A DNA stretch of 64,000 bases from Priapulus caudatus (GCF_000485595.1 NW_014577076.1:1042647-1106646), one strand, 5' to 3'. Positions 1-17,146 are shown, counted from the first letter of the stretch. Translations and numbers: made by a program. Notes: generated from the letters alone by a model not told the origin.

Positions 1-495
1 CAGGGTACTATCGGAGGGGGCGCAAATCCACTTTAAGCACCTTAGGTATCACGAAGTTATGCACAGATTTCTGTGTATCATCAACTGATGCACAGACTTT
101 CCGTGGGGTCATCCCTATAGACCGAAGGTCTGATAGACCGAAGGTCTGATAGACCGAATATTGCAAAGGGTTAGAGTTAGGGTTAAGGTTAGGGTTTATA
201 GTGGCATATCAGTGGATGTGCGGCATATTCACGTTCGAATACGGCATCAGTGGATGTCCGGATGCGTAGCCTGGAGGCTAGGCGACCGATTCCGGACGTG
301 TAGCCACTGCGGAACGTACCCTGGTAACTATCTGATATGGTTAGGGAGTAGGCGTAGGCGACTCCCTAGACTCGTTAGTGGAGTAGGCAAGGTACGGTCT
401 GGCATATTAGATAGTTACCAGGGTACGTTCCGATATATCGAACCATACCCAGGGTACCCTCTGATAGTACCCTGGAAGACATAGACCCTATCAGC
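1..495. mobile_element. Right part of a Mutator-like MITE with nested fragments
   Basis: Ends GACATAGACCCTA-TCA-GC, the same terminus type as the 48235 element; internal GGGTTA repeats. Confidence 0.55.
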
Positions 496-1045
496 CTCAG
501 TGGCCAGTGCCGTGGCTGTGCCATGCACTGGCCCATGGCTGAGCCTGTGGTGGTGGCTGGTGGCGCACTGGTGAATGACTGAGATTAGCTCGATTCCCGA
601 GGGGGGGTGGGCACTTGCTATATATTACATGGTTGGTATGTGGCGCGGTTAGGACACCCCTTTTCACCTCAAAATTTCCGCCCTGGAGACCCCCTTTTCA
701 CATAGTGACATATTTCCGGTCCCGGAGCATAGGTCCAACTTTTTCTCTGCACCGGAGACCCCCCCTTTTCACATATTTCAGAGGGTGTCAGGCCTATACA
801 ACATGAAACAGTTGTAGAGCCTAGTTGGGCTAGGTTTAGTCTTAGATTACGGGTAGGCATACCACAACTTGTGGCGCAAGCCCATCATTACTGCGGCACA
901 AGACGACTCTAGATATTAGTTCGTCGCTAATATGACATGAGCAGTTTTCTCTGATAATAAATTTAGGGACCCATATGTCACATCTATGCGGATCATGCGG
1001 TGGGTATGTTATCAACCACCTAATTACAATAATTTTGCTTTGCAG

Positions 1046-4198
<3,153 letters not shown>

Positions 4199-6334
4199 CC
4201 CCACACGAGTTTCTAGAGGCTGTATCTTCTGGAATCCTACGTGCACCTATGCAAGACTCGAGGTTACCTGACAAAATGATGGAATAGGAATTATTTCTGT
4301 TGCATTAAATAGCAAGTTGTGAATTAGAAATTCAGGAATGAAGAAAATTAACATGCAAAAATTTGAATTTTGTATTTCGTTTGCTTTTTGACTCATTTAT
4401 TGTATTAAACACTGGCTTTTAACAATGTTGGCTTATAAATTGGTCATAGAAAAATGCAGTTGGCTTTTGTAGTTGAGAATCAAGTACTATATTAACCCGA
4501 CCAGGCTGTGTGACTAACGTCAATACACCTATTCTGTGGTGTGTATTCTGTCAATACACCTTCTAACCCTAGCAATACCGTTTCTTGGAGCTAGTACTAT
4601 ATATGCTAGAAATTTTCCAGCCTATATGGTTAATTTTGCTATTTTTATAGTTTCATGATTTTGCTCGCTTTATAGGTGATAATTATACACAAAAAGATGT
4701 TTTTAGATGTCTTTTTGGATATGCTTTATTAACGAATTAGAAGCAGCCCTGTGTGTGCCTTTACTGTATTATGAGAATCCGGTGTGCCAATACTGTGTTG
4801 TGGAATATAGTGTAGATTCAGAAATAACGACTTTCTATGACTACACCGCCATAGAAGCAATGTGCTTGTGCTCGAGTGTGTGGCTGCGCGTGACGCACAA
4901 CCAACGTGGATCTATTATGTGAAACCTCGGGTTTTTATGGTCATGGAAATCCGTGCATGGTCGTTACCTGGCGTATAACGATGTCATTACAATAACCCGT
5001 GATCTCGATAAGTGGTTAGCTCACTGGACACTATAACTCTCACCACGATCACAAGTCACACCACGGGAAATGCTAATATTTGAATGATTCTTCGACGAAA
5101 ATTAGTTTACACACTAAAATAATTAAATAATAATAATAATAATTAAAAAATATAATATAGTAAAATAATAATTATTTTAATAATATGATTTATTCATTGG
5201 CAATTTGTTCTTTTCAAAATTCTTCCAATATTTACTATGCTTGATGCAAGGACATTGCAAAATTCATGATTTTCATGAATATATTTGACACGCAGGCCAG
5301 ATTATTAACGTATAGATTTGATATTTATTGTGTTGAGCTGAGTGCAAGTAAACTACATTGTTACTTTCGATTATTTGCCGTGGCGTTTGGATTAACATAC
5401 ATTTGTACATTTTCCCATTATTCTTACATGCTTACGTACTCGTTAGTTACCAGCTCGTGTCGAGCGTTGCTAAAGCGCGCGTGATGGCTGGTTGGCCAGC
5501 CGTTTAACTGTGTTCACGGAGGCTGTGAACTATTCGAGCTTGGCCCTTGCATTGCATTGCAGGCGCATGCCCCTATGCCGTGTAAATGATTGTAATCCAG
5601 CCGATAGTTTAGGATGAGTTTGCCGAAATGCGGGTACGAGCACACGCACAAACATCGCCCGTAATTAATAATTAGTAATAAAGGCAATTTTTAAAGGCTT
5701 ATAGTATATAGATTGTAGAAGACCGAGTGAGCATTTGCGCCGATATATCACTTAATGCATTGGTATATCAGAGCAATTATGGTGTTGATACACGTCTTTC
5801 TTTGTATCTGTCACGCGATCCCGTGCACTTCACGCGAGGACAGCGTGAATTCAATCCTCGGTCAGCTATCTGATAGAGCGAGCGCCTTTGTTAATTATCC
5901 TCCATCGCGGCACGCACCTTTTTATTTTATCTGTTTATATATGAGGGGAGGCACGGGGCGGGATCCATTCCCAGTGTTCCACGTAAGAAATGTGCCATTT
6001 CCCAGTTCTCAGTTAGATAAGATCGGAATTTTCAGTTCCTAGACAAATTTTATTGGCATATATCCCAGAAAATATCTATACTATAAAAGGGAACAGCCCA
6101 TTTTTTGTTAGCTATGTTCTCTTAATCTGCTCGCATGATTTCAAATTGCTTGACTGTAAACGATGCATTACTACTCGTAGAGTAATATAGGCGCACTTTT
6201 TCAACGATGAAAACACGATAAAGTTGAATTTCAAGCCGTTTTATTTAACACTGGTGTACCGATATCATACCGGTTTATCGATCGACGTCACTACTCACTA
6301 TCATTAACCAATGTAGTACGCGCCGTTGCCCGCT

Positions 6335-6406
6335 GCCGCTGTGGCGCGGTGGTAGCACGCTTGCCTAATACGTTAGGGTTCGGGAGTTCGAAACTCGACA
6401 GCCGCG
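6335..6406 (+). pseudogene. tRNA-like sequence (pseudo-tRNA or SINE head), AAT at the anticodon position
   Basis: A box TGGCGCGGTGG, B box GAGTTCGAAAC, 6 of 7 acceptor pairs, mismatched D, anticodon and T stems. Confidence 0.5.
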
Positions 6407-7329
6407 AAAATTAAAAAAATATATATTTCACGGCAGGTGCGCAACTTCTTTCTGTCATCCTAAATATATGCATATTTAAAGTATATTTAATTTAAAATGT
6501 ATACTAATAAAAGGGAAACAGCGAATTTTTATTAGCTAAGTTATTTTTAATCCCCTCATGCAATTCCCTGGGATATCCCAAAATCCATAATGAGAGCTGT
6601 TTCGGCCACGATCAGCCGTGACACCAAGCACTATTATTATTCTATCATGTCAGGGTGTGCAGGGTGCAGCCCACAGCGTTTGTGCAGCTCAGCGTATTGG
6701 CAGGCGTGTGGCAAGAATATTGAGCATTGCATCTCGAACTGACGCATAGTAGAATCAAGACCAGTAATATGCAACATTACATTCCTTTGGTAGTATAATA
6801 GATATTTTATTTTATTTATCATTGCATATTATTGGAAACGCTCCCATGTGCTTATTACTTCTCCACTCTTCCCCAGTTCGGTTCTGTTGTGTAAGTTCAA
6901 CTGGCCTTGATTTTTAATTGATTGGCGTGTGCGAGACAGTGCTCGTGCAGCGGGAAGGGACCGGCGTCGGGGTCACGGGATCCTGTATCTCGCGGCATGA
7001 GGGGGGATCTGCCCTCTTCTCAGAGGGGCGCCGCGAGGGCTGGATAGAGGCGGCGACTACCGGGAAAGGGGCGCGGCCTATTTTCGGAAAGGGTCTGCCG
7101 CATAAACGTGAGTTAACAGAATATGGATGGTTTATTTTATTTTTATGTCAGTTAAGTCCCTCCACGTGAATTTAAATACTCCTGCACGGAAGCTCAGGTG
7201 GTCATTCATGCGGTGAAATATCCCGCATCTTCCATGTAGATTACACTGTCTGACTGGCAAAAATATACACTGTTTTCCCTTACAATAACCACCGAGTATG
7301 CCCCTCACCCAGGGACGTATATCACATTC

Positions 7330-8800
7330 ATCCCTTAGACATCAGCTCTGTCCACTCTGTCAATATTAAAAGAGCTGGCAATTCCCTATCCGCCTGTATG
7401 CACAATAATCTCATGACAATAGAACAAATGCTCACGATCAGACTTTCACTACATACGGCTTGGACCTCCACCACACCATTGTTCCTTCTCCTCCATTGGC
7501 ATGCTCTACTGTGCCCTCTACAATCTGAGTAGGCAATACCCAACGCCATCGTTTCATCGGTCACCGAGACACAGTACACGGAAACCAGAGAAACCATAGT
7601 TTTTACAAGAAGCCCTTAAGCTCCCTTAGGTCAGCTACAACACTAATGACAGGGGCTAATTCATTGAATTCCCAACCGTCCGAACAATGCATTTCAGTTT
7701 ACTATGTCCCCAGACTAGTCAGCCGCAACTTAAACAGATAAAACTAAAAAAAGCACGTTTGTGATCAAAATCCGCACTCTCAGAAAACCGTATCCAAACT
7801 GCATGACAAAACCTATCATCATCAGAAAACTATATATCACTAGTAGAACTAAAACTCTAAAAATATTCGACGAATAGACTCTGCAAATAATGGTAGAACT
7901 TCACACCTCCAAACACATAGCAACAGTCACATACACGCCTTCGTTCACAAACCCACGTACTCGTCATGCAAGAATATACTCACCGCTCCTCGCACAGTGT
8001 ATCAAAGAACCATTACATACGCCAGGATCAAATATTCAGGCTGACCATCCGATGTCAAGCCCTATCATTTTCACACTTCAACGCACGTCAGTTTCCCTAT
8101 TCCGCTGTGGCCCTAATCGCCCCCAGTTCCCGTATTCCGCTTACTGCAAACACTCGCATCTCGTCTTCGAGACATTCTCCAATGAAGCGCAAATTCAAAG
8201 CAATTCAAGGAAAGCTGGTGGATTTTTCCTCGCCAAGAACCCAATTGTTCTCTCAATAGGCCAAGCCCTTCACGTGGTGGAGCTTCGCGTCCCGTAGCGC
8301 TGCCTAGCAATTTTTACTACCGGCAGCGGTGAGATAAGAGCTCCCCGTCGAAACTTAACTGAACATAACCAAAAATCTCAAGGAAATGCAGACTCGTTAT
8401 TAACTACACCCTAACTCAAAACGTGTATTACCGCATAAAGTTTCTGTAAATTTAGTGGTCATCACCCAAATCTATCAAATGGCGAACTTTTCTATGTGTA
8501 CTTTTACGGCGGTTTGCTTAGGGCAAGTAATTGCCACCCGAGAGGCCAGCACATATTACCGGCACCCGCTAGAGCATCACTACCATCAGACTTTGTGCCA
8601 CTTACTGCCAAACTACGGTGGAACCTGACCACACTGGCTTCTTCATGGCACTGCTCTACTGTGCCCTCTCAGCTAAGATGGCTCAAACCACAGGGCCGAT
8701 ATTACATTCACACATCGAGCCACGAAGACACCAAAAAACCATACTTTACCAAAGAATGTCAATTGTCCTAAGGTGAGCCTATCAACCACTAAATACAGCT
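7330..8800 (-). mobile_element. Possible BEL/Pao LTR retrotransposon gag-protease relic
   Basis: Frame-hopping scraps in the expected order: DRF..PLN..NFMR, LHFLE, LL.QRYG, GKL, FV..RVCDCC, GGP.PYVVK; no intact ORF. Confidence 0.35.
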
Positions 8801-9270
8801 CATTCATCTCGAATTTACCAGACAGACACCCGACAGGAAACGGGTAACCTTTGCTAGTATACTTCAATAATTTACTGTTAAAACAAGTTATACGTTTTGG
8901 TCTCATACCATTACTAATAAGCCACAGCAACTATGTGTATATAGTGTGTGGAGTGTTGTGTGTGATGTGTGTGGGAAGTGCTGACGCACGTGCGAGTGCG
9001 ATGCGTGCGTGGCCGTGCGTAGACGCCATGCGAAGCGTGCGGGTATAATGGCCTTAATCTGACAGACCAAAAATAATCAAAAATCGCTCCTCTTCCACAC
9101 CTTGCCATCGTTCCGCCCGAGAGAAAGGCAGTCTTAAATCTTAATGTTCCCGTTAATTGGCAGGCTGCGTTTCCATGGTTCTATTAGGAAATGTAAGGAT
9201 AGTTCCTTGAGATGTTCTTGAATAACAGTACATATTCCCCACACCACGCGTTCCGATGCTCTATATCTGT

Positions 9271-9600
9271 ACTAGCAGGACAACCCGGCGTTGCCGCGGG
9301 AAAATAAAGGCTCAGTTGTGACCACTTGGCTTGAAAAGAAATAACCCCCCAAAATATATCTATCTATCTATCCAACTCGCTAATCTATCAATCTATCATC
9401 TATCTATCTATCATCTATCTATCTATCTATCTATCTATCTATTCTATCTATCTATCGTATCTATTATCTTATCTATCTATCTATCTATCTATGATACTGA
9501 TGTACTCGTGGCTATCTACATACTGTCCTGCTAGTCTAATTTATCTATTTTTATGTATGTATCTACTAATCTATCATATCATCCTATCTATCTGCACATA
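9271..9600 (+). mobile_element. Non-autonomous Helitron/Helentron-like element with (TATC)n
   Basis: ACTAGCAGGACA plus CCCGGCGTTGCCGCGGG hairpin; inverted copy TGTCCTGCTAGT at 9524-9535. Confidence 0.55.
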
Positions 9601-10968
9601 GTCTCTATAATAGCGCTGAAACGTATCGTCTTAGCACACTGGTTAATCCAGTGGAATGATGGCAAGTGTAACATGAAATGCATAATCGGACTGCTGCTCA
9701 TACAAGGGGTGCGTTGATTGAAGACGCTGCTTCAGGGCATGAATTTTTCTCAGTTCAACTCATTTTTTCGATTTGTGCCCCAAAGTCTCAGATGACCCTC
9801 GGAGGTCAAATCCAATGTGCCCCATGTTCCAGCAATGTACTCACAAAGTTATATGTAATTAGGCCATCCCTTGGACATATTATATAGCAGTGACCGCATA
9901 CTTGATTTGAAATCGAGAATATCAAGACGAACAGAGAAACCGTACCCACAAAATGTGTATTTAGAATTGTCCTCGTTACTTGTACTGTAGCTCGTTGCAT
10001 CTACTTGCTATGTCATCTACGTGCAGTCCATGCATGGCTAAAGTTCAAGGTTGCTTCCTTTCATTGTTAGTTGCATTCCCCGGTCTTACCCCTGTTCTGA
10101 GGACGTCTACTAAAACTCGACAATNNNNNNNNNNNNNNNNNNNNNNNNNCTCCCCCTTAGCAGCATAAAACTGCCTCAAATACATTGTGCTTAATATCTA
10201 TTTCATTGAAATACATTGATATAACATCAATTATAAAATATAATGGGCTGATTTCATAAAATATCAAGTAACTGAAAATGTAATTTTTTCAGATTTTACC
10301 GTAAAAAAGGGGTTAAATTCGCATGTTGGCCAAGGTTACTGGCAACTACAACATGGCTTTTCATAACTAGGGGATCCAGACGGTTAAAATGAGACCAGTC
10401 CCAGCTTGTTATACCTCCGGTAGGGGTATCTCCTTAATAAGAGCCTTTTTCGTTCGGCCGCTACACTATATGGAAATAGCTGGAAATTGCTGAGAGATGT
10501 TATGCAGAGCACGTATATCATAATATTACAATATGATACACGTTCTCTGTGTTATGTTATCCTCAACCTATAGGTGGCGCCATTGATTCATTTCGTTTCC
10601 CGTGTGGTTACGGTAAAAATAAATTCTTCGGTACTATTTAGATAAGTTACGAGGATCGGTCTTCCTAGTACCTGGTCATTTACGCCTTAAGATTCGAATG
10701 TCTAACTTAAAAATTACAAGGCACATAATCTTCCTCCTACTGTAGCGTAGATGCCAACCCTATGTCTGCGCGTATCCGGTATGTGAAAAAGAATTTGGTT
10801 GACATGATACATTTAAAATGGAGAACACACGGGAGTAGTTCGACATGAAAGATGTTACCCAACCTAATTCACTTTATTTAATTAAAAGCGGGCATTATTT
10901 CCAACAATTCATCTATTGTGTAACATAGGGAACATCTGTGTTTACACATGCTCAACGGCGCATGTTAA

Positions 10969-11346
10969 GCACGGCGCACACGTGGGTAATTTTACTCAAG
11001 TAAAATGATGCATGCATCAAAATACTCACGCGAAATATTTTCAGCGTCCGCCGCACACGTGAGTAAAATCAAGGAGCTCCTTGAGTAAAATTACTCAAGG
11101 TATAAGTGGTAATGCAGATCACGTGACTGTGCGCAGCCAATAATGGGCGCACAATGGAGCATGCGCATGCGCTGTGAGCAGGGGCGCAATTCAGGGGGGG
11201 GGACAGGGGGACATGTCCCCCCCCACGAATTTTCAAGAGGGGGGGGGGACATCATATCAAATGTCCCCCACGATTTTTGGATCACATGATTTGTGTGTAA
11301 GTGTTGTGTGTTCGTGTGTGTGTGGTGTGTGTGTGTATGTGTGTGT

Positions 11347-11387
<41 letters not shown>

Positions 11388-11405
11388 TGTGTAGTGTGGG
11401 TGTGT

Positions 11406-11443
<38 letters not shown>

Positions 11444-12710
11444 GTGTGTGTGTGTGTTTGTGAAGTTGAGAACCTTTTTACTCCGCGCAACGGAGGTCAT
11501 GCAATCGCTCGCGTGTGTGTGTTCGTGTGACTGTGTGTTGGTGTGTGTAGCCAGGCAGCGCAGCAGCTGTTATACACACGCTCACCGATCGATCGATTCA
11601 GCACCAGCTCGCCTTAGGGCGTCCAGTCAGCAGCAGCTCGCCTTAGGGCTCCAGTCAGCAGCAGCCAGCAGCGAGCCAGCTGTTATACACATGGGATACA
11701 TGTTACACGCTCGCGGAGGTATGCATTGTGCTGTGATAGTGGTCAACGATTGGCTTCTTTTTCCTTTTTTGCAGCTTTCTTTTATTCAAGTGCATTTGAG
11801 AGCATAATAATGATCATGCACACACTTAAGAAAATGTGTCTTGATAAATTTAGTACGTTTCTTTTTTAACACGTTTTTTTTTTTCTTATATTAATAAGTT
11901 TATGCAGAAATCATCAAGAAAAAGTATGTTATGAAAGTTTAGGAGATATCACTCACATTAGACACTGATTCAAGGATTAAGCTGGAAACACGAGCTATAT
12001 TACACGCAAAGGGACACTGACTAACTGAGCATCGGTTTTAATAATGTAATTTTCATTGCAAATTGATGATAATATATACACGCATATATATATGACTGGA
12101 CCAACAATAATAACGGACCAATATATTTTGTGATCAGCCTCAACACCAAATGATTGATTTTTCTGCTTTTAGTTTTCTTGATTTTATGATGCATGTGGAC
12201 ACACCCTTTCGTAATCTTATCACAAACCAAATGCATGTGTGTGTGGATGTGGTGTGTGTCGTGTGTGTGTGTGTGGTGTGTGTGTGTGTGTGTGTGTGTG
12301 TGTTGTTGTGTGTGTGTGTGTGCAGGGGCGTGTTACAAGGGGGGGGGGGTCCAGGGGGTCCGGACCCCCCTACTTCGCGCAGAAACGCATCTGAGGGGTC
12401 TAATTTAAAATTTTCCAGACCCCCCCCCCGCCCACTTCGGCGTCCTTCGCGTGCTCGCTACTAGTGTCCCCCCCTCATTTCAAAATGGATTTGCGCGCTG
12501 GCTGTGAGTACCAGTGTTGAGTAAATTTACGCAGCTAGCGCGCACACGTTGAGTATTTTGACGCATGTGTCAAAAATTCTCAAACATGTTTGATATTGAG
12601 TTTCTTGATGCATGCGTCAGAAAACTCAACGAAAGTCCGGCGCACACGTGAGTATTTTGACGCATGCATCGTTTTACTTGAGTAAAATTACTCACGTGTG
12701 CGCCGGGCTC
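10969..12710. mobile_element. Harbinger-like MITE with about 60-bp TIRs, expanded by nested CAGGGGCG-terminated elements and (GT)n
   Basis: CGGCGCACACGTGRGTAATTTTACTCAAGTAAAA...AAAATACTCACG at the left end and its inverse at about 12647-12706; TAA flanks. Confidence 0.75.
11291..11457. repeat. (GT)n microsatellite
   Basis: Interrupted GT run. Confidence 0.95.
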
Positions 12711-13015
12711 TAAGTCACTTAAGTTATAAGTTTAAAGTACTGTATAGAGTACTTACTCCGATTACTTTTATATAAAAAGTATCTATTCTAATGCCTCTCC
12801 AGCCTTTACGAAACGTCGTAGGATATGGTTAGATCTGTGTTCGTATCTTTACAGCTTCTATAATTGGTCGTCGTGATAGAACGTCGATAGTAGGGTAATC
12901 AACTAGTTCGATGTATAAATTCCATTAGTAAACATGATACCAAAGTTAATCACGCGCGCGTTCATACTACCTCGATGTTAACTGTATCAATACATAACTG
13001 TATTAATACTGCTAT

Positions 13016-13264
13016 CAAGGCCATACGCAGGAAATTTTCTGTAGGGGGGCAAAGGTACTTCCCATGCCCCCTGTGCCCTAACGTTTCGCAATTTCACATT
13101 TCTTTATTTAAAGTGTAATATTTCTTTGATGATTTAAGATAACCTTTTGTCACATTTCTATTTTATTTCTAAAAGTGTACAGTATTTGTCCCATTAAAAT
13201 GCATACTCTGAAAATCTCTAGGGGGGCAACTGCCCCTGCTGCCCCCCTGCTGCGTACGGCGCTG
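13016..13264. mobile_element. hAT-like MITE
   Basis: 8-bp TSD ACTGCTAT (13008-13015 and 13265-13272); TIRs CAAGGCCATACGCAG / CTGCGTACGGCGCTG. Confidence 0.85.
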
Positions 13265-13528
13265 ACTGCTATCAGTAATTGTCACTCACGAAGCGACAGG
13301 ATCGAGGTACGTGAAGATTGCTTGTCTTACCAATGCTACATATCGCATACATGTAAACATATGTATCTACATTTCTGTGACGACCCTTGGAACGACCGCA
13401 CCATGCACACACTGTACAGGAGTTGTTTTAAATCATTAGCTGCCAGTACTCGTTTATATGTGAGCGATTCTTAGGATATTGGACAAAAACAATACGGATT
13501 GTAGGCTAGAATATAGCTGTTTACTAGC

Positions 13529-14144
13529 ATGCGTATTTCGTGGTGCTGCCTTTGCCTCGTCGGTGTGGCTGCGCTCGTACTGTCGGCAGTCGGACTGTGG
13601 GTGAAGTCTTCTTACTTTACTCCTCCGCCACCTCTACCGGAGCTGGGAACGCCCTGGTGGGGAAGAGGGCCAGTGGTTCTGGCCGAGAATAACGAGATTA
13701 GATCATTTACGGTTAACTTCTCGCAGGAGGTTATAACCGATCTGTACGAAAGACTAGACAGAACAAGATACACGGAATCCCTACCGAACGTTGAATTCCA
13801 GTATGGTGTTCATTCGGATACGCTGAAGAAGGTCGTGAGGTATTGGCGGCAGAAATACGATGTGAAGAATGCGCAGGTGGAACTGAATAAGTACAAACAT
13901 TTTCTCACCGAGATTAACGGCATAGACGTACATTTCGTTCACGTCAAACCGAAGTCAAGTTACAAGAATGTGACGCCTCTGCTAATGGTACATGGCTGGC
14001 CGGGAAGCTTCTACGAGTTCTACAAGATCATCCCGCTGCTTACCGATCCATTGGCTCACGGTGGAAAAAAAGATGACCCTGTTTTCGAGATAATTTGTCC
14101 TTCTATTCCAGGATACGGGTTCTCCGAAGCGGCCCACAAGAAAG
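13529..14144 (+). CDS. EPHX1: EPHX1 exon 1 (membrane anchor, EHN region, HGWP)
   Basis: ORF 13529-14170; AAG|gtacgt donor after AAHKK. Confidence 0.94.
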
Positions 14145-17100
14145 GTACGTTATTGTACTTCAATAAGTAGTATACATCTTTTCATGTTACGTTAGTTTGC
14201 CTACATTATCCAGAATATGATTATATATAAGTAAAAAGCACACAGGCACCAATGAAGACACGGAATGAAGAAAATGAACTTTCTGGATTACGGTATTTTT
14301 CGTTTTAAAATGTGCATTCGAGACAACATTTTTCTACGTCATGCTACTGTTTTTCTCTTGTAGCCTAACGAAAAGACTGTATCAAAAGCGCGAATTTAAA
14401 ATATAAGACACCGTATTCCTATGTTTTAATTTTACATATCACATGTATGTGCGTGCGTGTGTGTGTGCGTGCATGCGTGTTTGCCTGCGTTCGTGCATGC
14501 GCGCGTGTGCGCGTCTTTGTGTGCTCTTTTCGTTGTTAATCATGAATAGGATATCTGAATATTTGTAGACTCTTCTATGTTACAACGTTGCGTGATACTA
14601 CGTTTTTAAACATACTACCGTAATTATGCAAGTTCCATACTTGGCTTCTAGGTTTCACAGCATTACACGCATCACAGATTTTTGACAAGCTCATGAATCG
14701 TCTTGGGCATCAGAGCTACTTCGTACAAGGCGGAGACTGGGGATCTTTAATAGTACACGTAATGGCTCTCTACTATCCTGACAGGTAGTGCAATCAATTC
14801 CTGTTGCAGTATCATGTTCATGTATAATGGTCAAAATTCGTATGTATTATTTAAAATTGGTTTAGAAATATGGTTTAACCTTTACAAAAATGAGCTAATA
14901 GTGGTAGATATAATTATTATACAGAGGTCACTGTGCCTATCTCTAACCCACTTCCCATCCCCGCCACATTCTTTCGGCGCATTCACTCATTCTCACATGA
15001 TATGATCACCTTACTGCTTTTCAAGCCAAAGCCTTATTCGCACCAATAATTTAAACATCAGGTAACTTTAATTGGAGTATAATGTAAATATAGCGGATAA
15101 AATGTTTCCGTTACAGTTATGTGTTTTCCTCTTTCTTTAGGGTGCTAGGAATGCATACAAACATGCCGATAGCTGGTAATCTACTGGAACTATCTTACAT
15201 TCTAAGAGTTGCCATTGGATCCGTATTTCCGTCCCTAGTCTTCGAAGAGAAAGAGCTCTGGAAGGTTTACCCTTGCATACAGAAATTAACCACCTTGTGG
15301 GAAGAGATGGGCTACTATCATGTGCAATCAACTAAGCCTGACACGACAGGTAAATACAATTGATGTAGCCATCGAACTACAGTAATATTCCGCGTTACGA
15401 CAACCCGGGTTACGTTAATCCGTATATACGTTTTAAATTATGACCACTTTATACTGTTTTAAATTATGTTTCGTGTTATGAAACGAAAATTCGCTCTTGA
15501 AATTTTTTTTAAACGTGAGTAAAATTTACAAAAGAATGAGTGGGGGGGTTTGCTACTCAAAAAGTGGAGTACTCAATCACCGTAAATAAAAACCATTGTA
15601 CTCGTATCAAATATGCAGCCAGCTAACGTCGGGTCATTCTTGACGATCTGCAGCCCGGATATCCGCGCGAAGCGCGCAAACGCCGCGCAGCGGTGACAAT
15701 AAATCTTATTCGCTGCCCTATTTAGAACAATTTCGGCAGTGCCCTTTGGGTATAGGATAAAGCCGTATAATCGGTCAATTGAGGAGTTGTGGCAATTCCA
15801 CAAGCCTTTTGACTATGCACGTAGGTCGAGAATAAATACAAATGCTCGTAATTACTCGTTTGCTGGTCGGCGCGTTTGGTTTTCCTCTAGAAAAGCGAGT
15901 TTGCATTTCTTCCGTTTCACGCCGTGAAATTATTCTCGTACATATGGCGTCCCATAGATGGCGCAACGAGGCCTTGTACGAGGCATTTTCAAGGTATTTT
16001 TCCACACAAGGGTCGGCCATTGAGCTTAGACTGCTGCGCGGTGGAGAGTTCCACACGCTGCACTAACTATAAGTTGAAAAGATACTTGGCGTGACGTGCG
16101 CTTCAAATTACCGTATCCATCTTAGTACCCCCGACGTTGATTGATATTTGTTTACACTGAGAATTTACACTAGATGCTATCTCGAAAAGCCTGGCTGCGT
16201 ACGTGCCACGTTCCACCAACCTCCTGACCCCGCGCTGCCCGTGGCGACGGCACGTCGTGCGAGCACCTGTGGGGGTGGTGTGGGGTGGGATGGGCACTGT
16301 GCGAGCATCTGTATATATATCATGCCCTCCCCCCAAGGCCGCCGTAGTCAAGCCGGCGTACGTCTCACGAAAACTGCGCGATGTTACGCTTCCCGCTATA
16401 CGGATTCGCGCGCCCGCCCTCCTTCGGCGCGCGAATTCGTATAGCGGGCAGCGCGAGATGCTACATACAACACCTCGCGGTCGCGTGCGCCCAGTCCCGC
16501 GGAAGTGCGTGGCTTAACCGCTCTCGGCGGTCGGGGAATAACGCATCTTTTGCGCAAAGCTATCTTGTACCCGGTCTCTCTGGATACGTGTAAGGTCCCG
16601 CTGTCGCACAAGTCAGTTTGAACAAGTGTCCTACGCACGCGCGTACATACACGCGTGCATGCATGTAGACGCAGACGAGTAAATACACGCGGGCGCGCGA
16701 TGCTAATGCTACAGTTACTATTACAAACCTTCAAATTTGTAAAAGGTCGCATCGCACTAGTTTTAAACAATCTTTCGCCCACCACTAGCCCTTTGTCCAG
16801 CAACAACCTCTTGTGTCACCCCTGCCACTTGGTAAATGTGCCCCTCCCTCTCCCTCCCAGTATTTCTAATTCTAACACTCTTTCCCTCCCGGTATTATCA
16901 TCATCATACTGTGTTACATCGTTTAATAATCAATATATGCGTTTAATTGCAGTTTTCTTTTTATACATATTTTAACTATGGAAACATTTTCTGTAGGAAC
17001 GCATCTCTAATTATATATAGTGGCAGTCAATAGGCAAACGGGATTCACGTTGCGAATTTTCTCGTCGCGAATGTTTTTCTGGAACGCATTGCGGGCGTAA

Positions 17101-17146
17101 CACGGTGTATCGCTGTATAGAGCAGCCGGAGCAGCCATCTCGGATA

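Noticed and set aside
6335..6406. Functional tRNA-Ile(AAT)
   Set aside because: Mismatches in all four stems and a sequence unlike canonical eukaryotic tRNA-Ile
11174..11807. Long CV/TH-rich ORFs (also 49019-49865 and 57787-58467)
   Set aside because: Translations of (GT)n/(CA)n microsatellites
4199..13528. JMJD7-PLA2G4B read-through partner as in mammals
   Set aside because: No C2 or phospholipase-like exons were recognised downstream of JMJD7
15573..16975. Cluster of overlapping ORFs in EPHX1 intron 3
   Set aside because: GC-rich repeat-like DNA on both strands with no recognisable domain
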